Shown in pieces: positions 36,611 through 43,989 of a stretch of DNA of 43,989 bases. How positions within the stretch are numbered: the first letter of the stretch is position 1; every line of letters begins with the position of its first letter. This DNA is from Chiloscyllium plagiosum (lineage: Eukaryota): the NCBI RefSeq assembly GCF_004010195.1, contig NC_057719.1, positions 24,701,604-24,745,592 on the forward strand, in the 5' to 3' direction. The position numbers were made by a program, and so were the translations under genes. A model generated the notes under the pieces. That model worked only from the letters and a program-made list of their open reading frames with translations, searched no databases and was not told the origin of the DNA.

Positions 36611-37474
36611 CTGCAAATAAAATGCAAGTTATCAATACTTGGCATGTTGTTCGGGAGTTATTTTCTCAGTAATTGACAAACATAATACAAATGTTTATCA
36701 CATTCAAATAAGTTGCAATTTTCCATATTATATAAATTAATATTTCATAAAACCAACTTTTTAAAACTCTTTCCAAGTTATAACATTTGCAGGTTTGAAA
36801 GATAGGCTTGAGACACAAACCCAAGGCTAAAATGCTGCAAAGCTGCAACCATGTGAGATTCTTTTTTAAACAAAAAGAATAAAAGATACAGGATGTGTTG
36901 GTGCATGACAGAATAAACGTTTGTTCATGAAATGACATCAGACTTTATTAGGTGGGGCAATTTGTGTTGCCATTTCTGGTTCGACCTTGGATATAACATT
37001 AGTTTTATTTTTAACTGGTGTACTAATGAACTATAGATGTTTAATTTAAAAAATTTTATAATTGAAATATGGGTGGGCAAGGCAAATGCTGTCATGAAGT
37101 GAGCTATACATGGAGGAAAGTACACCAACTCAAAATCAACTGTTCAGATCAATAACATATTAAATGTGTTACCAATGTTGTTAACCCTGCAATCAATCAC
37201 TGCTGCCGCACACCACAGAATATATTTTTCTTCTCTGGTAATATTTTCCGTTAACTTTGCACTGGTGGGACTGTTAGGAGAGTTACCATATGGCAAGTTC
37301 CACTTGTGGGCAATGTGATTTGAGTGGAATTGATCTGTAATTTTATTTAACTGACTAGCTCCACGTGTTAAAGTCCTCTGGCTGTTAGTGCAATGCTGTA
37401 AAGCTACTGCTTTGTTTTAGGGTTTTCCTGTTGCATTTTAGGTTATTGTTTCAAACTCTCACAACCATTAGGTG

Positions 37475-38286
37475 CTCTGATTTCCAACATCGGCATTCCT
37501 CACTTTCTACTAGCTACAAACTTAACTCTAGAATTATTTTGGGTCTCATTGTTCAGCTACACAATGGGCAAAATTGCTAAGTTACAACAGTGCAATGATG
37601 TCTATAGAAGTAGTGCTTTGGGTTTCTCCTGTGAATCTGTTGTGGAGAATATCCAGTTTTGAATACAGTATCAATTCTGTGTTTCACAGATGTTGCACGT
37701 ACAATTTCTCAAGAATAGCTGGTTTCTCACTTTAATTTCCTTTAGAGTGTAACATTAGATTTTCATTCCATTACAGTGAAACATGCTGTTTGTCGTATAA
37801 TCTCAATTGGTTAAAATCCAACAACTATAATAAATCACTGCTTCAGGAAATTGGAACATGTAATTTATGCAACCAGTATACTATATATTCTTTTAGACTA
37901 TTGTTTAAATGGTATAGTAGCACAGCATTTTACAGTAACTTCACTGTACGGCTCTTATGAAAATAGTATTGTTACTGAAAAATCAGTTCGCCAATCAATT
38001 GCTCATTCTTCTGGATGTCAAAGGAATAACATCAGGACGAAGTAGCAGTTCATATTGACTGATATACCATAGCTAGTTTCTCCCTACTGTACAGTACAGT
38101 TACTCTATTTTGGAGCCAATCAAAACTGAGAGGAAAATCTCAAAGCACTACTTCTATGGACAACATTGCACTGTTGTAACTTAGCAACTTTGCCCATTGT
38201 GTAGCTGAACAATGAGACCCAAAATAATCCAAGAGTTCTGTTTGTAGCCGGTAGAAAGTGAGGACTGCAGATGCTGGAGATCAGAG
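37475..38286. repeat. Inverted repeat, about 155-bp arms (37475-37630 / 38131-38286), about 500-bp spacer
   Basis: e.g. TTTTGGGTCTCATTGTTCAGCTACACAATGGGCAAA vs TTTGCCCATTGTGTAGCTGAACAATGAGACCCAAAA. Confidence 0.92.
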
Positions 38287-38472
38287 TTGGGAGTGTGGTA
38301 CTGGAGAAGTACAATAGGTCGGGGAGTCCGGGGAGTGGGAGGCTTGACGTTTCGGGCATAAGTCCTCCATCAGCAATTCCTGGTGGGGGGTTTGTGCCTG
38401 GGGTGTTGATTTTCCTGCTACTCGGATGCTGCTTGGCCTGCTGTGCTTTTCTAGCACCACACTCTCGACTTC
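38252..38472. mobile_element. Head-to-head (palindromic) Penelope pLTR pair
   Basis: Arms 38285-38373 and 38380-38470 are homologous to 24109-24236 in opposite orientations; possible TSD TTTGTAGC at 38241-38248 and 38475-38482. Confidence 0.85.
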
Positions 38473-38937
38473 AATTTGTAGCTAATGCAGATTTAGCTAA
38501 ATCTCAGCCAAAGTATACAATAGGCATCATTGTCCTGGGGTTAGGGAAGGGAGGGGAGAAAATAACCTGTTAGGATTCCCAAATTCTGGGGATTAAATGT
38601 TTGAAGGTTCAGCAAGATTACAATCAATGTTATGATACCTGCTGTGAAATAGCCTTATCACATTTGCAGCACCCACTTCCGAATAGAGAGAAAAAAAAAC
38701 AACTAAAGCAAGGATTGCTGTCTATGGGACAGTTCACCAGGAAGCTGTCACTGACTTTTGGAAAAGGAAGGGTAGAAATGAACTAATTATTGTAAGAGAT
38801 GGGAATAATACAAGCAGTGTGTATATAATAATATTTGTAGGTTTAGCTGGAAGCTGAGTACCAGATAAGGCAACAAAACTACTGATTTGTGCAGTGATAT
38901 TTCATAATTTCCTTAATTTGAATGGTTTAATTCAAAT

Positions 38938-39331
38938 GGGTGGCACAGTAGCTCAGTGGTTAGTACTGCTGCCTCAGTGTCAGGGAGATGGTTCAATTCC
39001 TGCGTCCGACAACTGTCTATGTGGAATTTGCACATTCTCCTCGTGTCTGCCTGGGTTTCTTCCCATAATCCAAAGATGTGCAGTTTAGGTGAACTGATCA
39101 TGTAAAATTACCCAGTGTTCAGGGATGTGTCGGTTAGGTAAATTGGCCACGTTAAATTACCAACAGTGTTCAGAGATGTGTAGGTTAGGTAATGTAGAGT
39201 AATAGGACATTAGTCAGGGGTAATGTAGAGTAATAGGGTAGGAGACTAGGTCTAGGTGCATTACTCTTCGGAGGATGTGTGTGGACTTGTTGGGCCGGGA
39301 GGACCTGTTTCCATACTGGAGAGATTCTATG
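38938..39331 (+). mobile_element. HE1-type V-SINE with internal duplications
   Basis: A/B boxes, V-domain, repeated GATGTG..GTTAGGT blocks, CR1-like tail. Confidence 0.85.
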
Positions 39332-39418
39332 ATGTGGAAATGCTGATGTTGGACTGGGGTGGACAAAGTTAAAAATCATACAACACCAGGTTACAGTCCA
39401 ACACATTTATTTGGAAGA

Positions 39419-39451
39419 ACTAGCTTTCAGAGCGCTGCTCCTTCATCAGGT
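39419..39451 (-). ncRNA. Minimal hammerhead motif, sense to the unc79 pre-mRNA
   Basis: Minus strand CTGATGA-A-GGAGC-AGC-GCTCT-GAAA-GCTA, palindromic AGCT stem III. Confidence 0.65.
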
Positions 39452-39535
39452 AACTAGTAGGGCAAGATCATAAGACACAGAATTTATAGCAATTTATAGT
39501 GTCATGCAATTAAAACAATATATTGAACAAACCTA

Positions 39536-40372
39536 GCGGGATCTTGTTCAGATAGGCCAATGGGCTGAAGAATGGCAGATGGAGTTTAATTCAGATAAAT
39601 GCAAGGTGCTGCATTTTGGGAAAGCAAATCTCAGCAGGACTTATACACTTAATGGTAAGGTCCTAGGGAGTGTTGCTGAACAAAGAGACCTTGGCGTGCA
39701 GGTTCATAGCTTCTTGAAAGTAGAGTCACAGGTAGATAGGATAGTGAAGAAGGTGTTTGGTATGCTTTCCTTTATTGGTCATAACATTGAGTATAGGAGT
39801 TGGGAGGTCTTATTGCAGCTGTTTAGGACATTGGTAAGGCCACTTTGGAATATTGCGTGCAATTCTAGTCTCCTTCCTATCGGAAAGATGTTGTGAAACT
39901 TGAAAGGGTTCAGAAAAGATTTATAAGGATGTTGGAGGATTTGAGCTATAGAGAGAGGCTGGAGCTGTTTTCCCTGGAGCATCGGAGGCTGAGGGGTGAC
40001 TTCATAGATGTTTATAAAATCATGAGAAGCATGGAGAGGATAAATAGACAAAGTCATTTCACTGGGGTGTGGGAGTTCAGAACTAGAGGGCATAAGTTTA
40101 GGGTGAGAGGGGAAAGATATAAAAGGGACCTAAGGGGCAAGATTTTCACGCAGAGGATGGTGCGTGTATGGAATCAGCTGCCAGAGGAAGTGGTGGAGGC
40201 TGGTACAATTACAATATTTAAACGATATCCGAATGGGTGTATGAATAGGAAGGGTTTAGAGGGATATGGGCCGGGTGCTGGCAAGTGGGACTAGATTAGG
40301 TTGGGATATCTGGTTGGCATGGACGAGTTGGACCGAAGGGTCTGTTTCCATGCTGTACATCTCTATGATTCG
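39536..40372 (+). mobile_element. CR1/HER1-type LINE 3' fragment
   Basis: ORFs 39579..39896 and 39893..40294 (MEFNSDKCKVLHFG; RTRGHKFRVRG; WNQLPEEVVEAG). Confidence 0.93.
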
Positions 40373-41448
40373 ATGCTATTAAGTCTTTCATCTTTTAGAA
40401 TGGGCTGCAGGTTTCGGTTCATTAATATGTAAATCCCAGAACTTCTTTTAATTTGCATTCTCAAGACAACTTAGGGTTTTATAAAAAAAGGTGACATATC
40501 AGCTCAGATGTTTGTTCAATGTATCATTTTACTTGGATGACACAGTGATATTTTGCTATCAATTCTGTGTCTTATGATCCTGCCCCACTAGTTATCTGAT
40601 TAAGGAGCAGCGCTCTGAAAGCTAGTACATTCAAACAAACTTGCTGAATTGTTGTGTGATTTCTAATTTCATAAAATATTTCTTCAGTTTTGATTCGCTG
40701 TCCAACTCTTCAAATGTCTATTAAATTAAGTGACCTGTTCAGACATTTGCAAATCATTTTGCCGAACATACAGAGCCAAACTGGATAGGGTCATAAACTG
40801 ATATTGCATTAGCTGTTATCTTTTGCTTCCAATTATGCAGCTTGCGAATTTAAATGATTATGATGTGTACCAATATTGAGCATGCTATTAGGTTCTTCCA
40901 TGCCTGATTAGGTGTACAAAGTTGAGAGAGGCTGGCAGGACTTAAATTATTTAATGCGTCCTCCATCTCCCAGAAGACAAGGTGTATTGTGGCTGAATCT
41001 GGTCCTGCAAGTAATTCTAAAAATGATTTTGACATGAGGAACAATTAATAATGGCACAAAACATTTACAGCAGTTGATTGTCAGTCATCATTTAACTGGT
41101 GCATTTGCCGTGGCAATGTTTCTAATCAGAGGTCACTTTCTAAATAATCAGCACTCTCTTTTCATACAATATAAAATGTTGTTCTCCTTTTGTATTTTGT
41201 CCCAATGAGTGCAAGACGGAAAGCTTCCACAAAATGTGCCCTTTCTCAGCTTTACTCAAGTTCTGTACAATCAGATAACCATTGTACATCAACAGGAAGT
41301 CTTCGGTACAGCTATATAGTTTTCTGCTAACCACTCAATATACAACTAGATTTATAATATAAATATGCAGAAAAATATCATACTTAGTTTGTCATATTCA
41401 TTCATTTATATGTCCAGATGGCATATGGATCATTAAATTCTTCCTTAC

Positions 41449-41622
41449 CTTCAATGGCAGTATGCACGGCAGTTTGGTCAGAAATGTTTGAAACTGATTG
41501 CATATTGTAGTCCACAGATTGCTGGGTAAATCCATAGGCAGAGCTTCCATGTAAGTGGCTATGTTATCTAAACAGCGAAGCATGGCTCCTCCTGCTGGCA
41601 GGTTCTTCTTGTTGTTTAAACC
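41449..41622 (-). CDS. unc79: unc79 coding exon: GLNNKKNLPAGGAMLRCLDNIATYMEALPMDLPSNLWTTICNQFQTFLTKLPCILPLK
   Basis: CAG acceptor, AAG|GTAAGG donor; 174 nt = 58 codons; inside ORF 41398..41652. Confidence 0.96.
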
Positions 41623-41810
41623 CTGTGCCACATTTGCATCACAAATATTCAATGTGATGCCGCATTAAACAAAGACATACTTTATTTAACAGTTATCACT
41701 TTTCACCTGGAATAATAGTTAATTATTTACTTTATCTCTATAACATGGTATTTCCTAAATTTGCCAAGAAGGATTTCTAACTTATATTTTCTTTCTAAGC
41801 TCCACAATAC

Positions 41811-41896
41811 CTCCAGTAGTTGATTCAATGCCGCCACTGAACTCAGCTCATTGAAGTCCATTAGAGACGAGGCCAAAGTTCGAAGGAAGCTTCCAT
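41811..41896 (-). CDS. unc79: unc79 coding exon: (D)GSFLRTLASSLMDFNELSSVAALNQLLE
   Basis: AG at 41898-41897, GT at 41810-41809; 86 nt = 2 + 28 codons; not in the ORF track, translated by hand. Confidence 0.95.
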
Positions 41897-42014
41897 CTAA
41901 CATCAAAATAAAATTACAGTTTCAAAACTTATTTATGCATTTGGGAAACTGTTAAATATTGGTACTCTGCATCAAAAGGCCACTGCATCAGATATTTATT
42001 ATAAATTATCATAC

Positions 42015-42127
42015 CTTTAATGTTGCTTTGGAAGAGCTGTGGAAGTATACCATTGGGAGCAAGCTGATGAAAAATGCAGCGTAAAAATTGCTTTGCCACA
42101 CCAGCAGCATTGCCAGGAATCATCATG
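42015..42127 (-). CDS. unc79: unc79 coding exon (1st in window): (S)MMIPGNAAGVAKQFLRCIFHQLAPNGILPQLFQSNIK
   Basis: AG acceptor at 42129-42128, GT donor at 42014-42013; 113 nt = 1 + 37 codons + 1; peptide recognised as UNC79; phase joins next exon (G|AT = Asp). Confidence 0.95.
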
Positions 42128-42814
42128 CTTAAAAAATATAAAATGTATATTTCACAATTTGTTAAAAATTTATGCAAACATCGATCATGCAATGTCATAT
42201 TTTAGAAGGAAATGCAAAAATAGCATTCCAAACTTGACAAAGAGATCATGAAAAAATCTGAACATATTACTTCAAAACAAAGCCCCTAATTTCTCACAAA
42301 GAGAACAGCATATACATATAATGAAGGATTTGCACCACGTAGGTCCTAGGTTTAATCCACAGTCTGTAATAAATCAGCTGATTACAAATGAACCAGCAGG
42401 ATAGATGGCACAAAATCATGGCAGAATTGGAGTATTAATTAGGTGCTTAACTGTGTGAAATTGGTTTTGATTGATGATTTATCCACGCTATTTATAAGAG
42501 CAAGCGAAAATTGTATTGGTTGGACTGCAGGTACAAGACATGGAACGGAATGATTTTATTTGGAAGAGATTCAAGTGTATCAAGATTAGATTCCAGATTA
42601 ATACCTTTCTATCGCTTCTTTCCCACAACCCCTCTGACTGACTCTTCGCTCATCTGAGACCAACATCCTGTTCCTTTGATTTTGTTTCCAATTACCAACT
42701 AAAACTCAATCTCCCCTTCTGGGCTTGCTGACTTGTTAAAAGTTCTCACTCTTCAGGTGCTATTCCTCTCTCCTTTAAGTCTACCATCATCATAATTCTC
42801 CTCAGAAAATCCTT

Positions 42815-43145
42815 TTTGATTTTATTTGATGTATTATTGTCACGTACTGAGATACAATGATAAGTAATGTCTGCATGTAATCCAGTTAAATCATACCTTA
42901 TGTAATAGAACAGAATGCAAAAAATTGTATTACAGATAAAGAGAAGATGCAGAAAAAGGTCAACTCTAATGTATGAGAGGTCCATTCTTAAGTCTGATAA
43001 CAGTGGGGAAGAGGCTTCTTGTATCTTTTGGTGCATGTTTTCAAGCTTGTGGGTCTTCTGCCCAATGGAAGAGGGTGGAGAAAAGAGTATAATCAGAGCA
43101 GGAGGGTCCTTTGATTATTTTGGCTGCTTTCCCAAGGCCATGGGG
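42815..43145 (-). mobile_element. Rex1/Babar-like LINE 3' end (tentative)
   Basis: Minus ORF ..KAAKIIKGPSCSDYTLFSTLFH.. resembles the Rex1 C-terminal KAxxIIKDPxHPxxxLFxxLPSG motif. Confidence 0.55.
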
Positions 43146-43150
43146 ATATA

Positions 43151-43989
43151 AATAATAGACAATAGACAATAGGTGTAGGAGTAGGCCATTCTGCCCTTCG
43201 AGCCTGCACCACCATTCAATATGATCATGGCTGATCATCCTTAATCAGTATCCTGTTCCTGCCTTATCTCCATAACCCTTGATTCCACTATCCTTGAGAG
43301 CTCTATCAAACTCTTTCTTAAATGAATCCAGAGACTGGGCCTCCACTGCCCTCTGGGCCAGAGCATTCCACACAGCCACCACTCTCTGGGTGAAGAAGTT
43401 TCTTCTCATCTCTGTCCTAAATGGTCTACCCCGTATTTTTAAGCTGTGTCCTCTGGTTCGGCACTCACCCATCAGCGGAAACATGTTTCCTGTCTCCAGA
43501 GTGTCCAATCCTTTAATAATCTTATACAATCAGATCCCCTCTCATACTTCTAAACTCAAGGGTATACAAACCCAGTCACTTCAGTCTTTCAGTGTAAGGT
43601 AATCCCGCCATTCCAGGAATTGACCTCGTGAACCTACGCTGCACTCCCTCAATAGCCAGAATGTCTTTCCTCAAATTTGAGACCAGAACTGCACACAGTA
43701 CTCCTACCATATGGTCTCACCAGGGCCCTGTCCAGCTGCAGAAGAACCTCTTTGCTTCTACACTCAATCCCTCTTGTTATGAAGGCCAGCATGCTATTAG
43801 CCTTCTTCACTACCTGCTGTATCTGCATGCTTACGTTCATTGACTGGTGTACAAGAACACCCAGATCTCTCTGTACTGCCCCTTTACCTTACTTGACTCT
43901 ATTTAGGTAGTAATCTGCCTTCCTGTCCTTGCCACCAAAGTGGATAACCATACATTTATCCACATTAAACTGCATCTGCCATGCATCTG
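43151..43989 (-). mobile_element. Young CR1-type LINE with (GTCTATT)n tail, runs off the window
   Basis: ORF 43245..43529 YKIIKGLD..RTRGHSLKIRGRPFRTEMRRNFFTQRVVAVWN; 7-bp tail repeat at 43154-43172. Confidence 0.93.

Larger units (their letters stand above)
39332..40665. mobile_element. Inverted pLTR-type element (family of 20505-20920) split by a CR1 insertion
   Basis: Minus copy 39332-39535 resumes at about 40377-40508, then flips to plus at about 40510-40665. Confidence 0.75.

Overview
Eukaryotic, repeat-rich vertebrate DNA, almost certainly from a shark (four HE1-type V-SINEs plus their CR1/HER1-type partner LINEs). The window lies wholly inside one minus-strand gene, unc79 (NALCN sodium-leak channel complex subunit). 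Eleven GT-AG coding exons (42127 down to 260; 1384 nt, about 461 codons) splice into one uninterrupted frame matching the C-terminal part of UNC79; the gene continues beyond both window ends. The introns hold CR1-type LINEs, Penelope-like elements (PLEs), SINEs (HE1, a DeuSINE, a tRNA-headed family), Gypsy, L1, Rex1 and probable Harbinger remnants, a 24-bp minisatellite and a 363-N assembly gap. I see no new protein-coding system. The most interesting signals are RNA-structural and transposon-derived: several minimal hammerhead-ribozyme motifs in PLE terminal repeats, fold-back PLE insertions with clear target-site duplications, one PLE palindrome whose arms differ almost only by G:U-compatible changes (A>G/C>T hypermutation or an artefact), an inverted copy of a PLE end plus its flank, and a LINE that appears to begin with a tRNA-derived SINE-like head. 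Repeat family names come from motif recognition, not a database search, and repeat boundaries are approximate unless a TSD is given.
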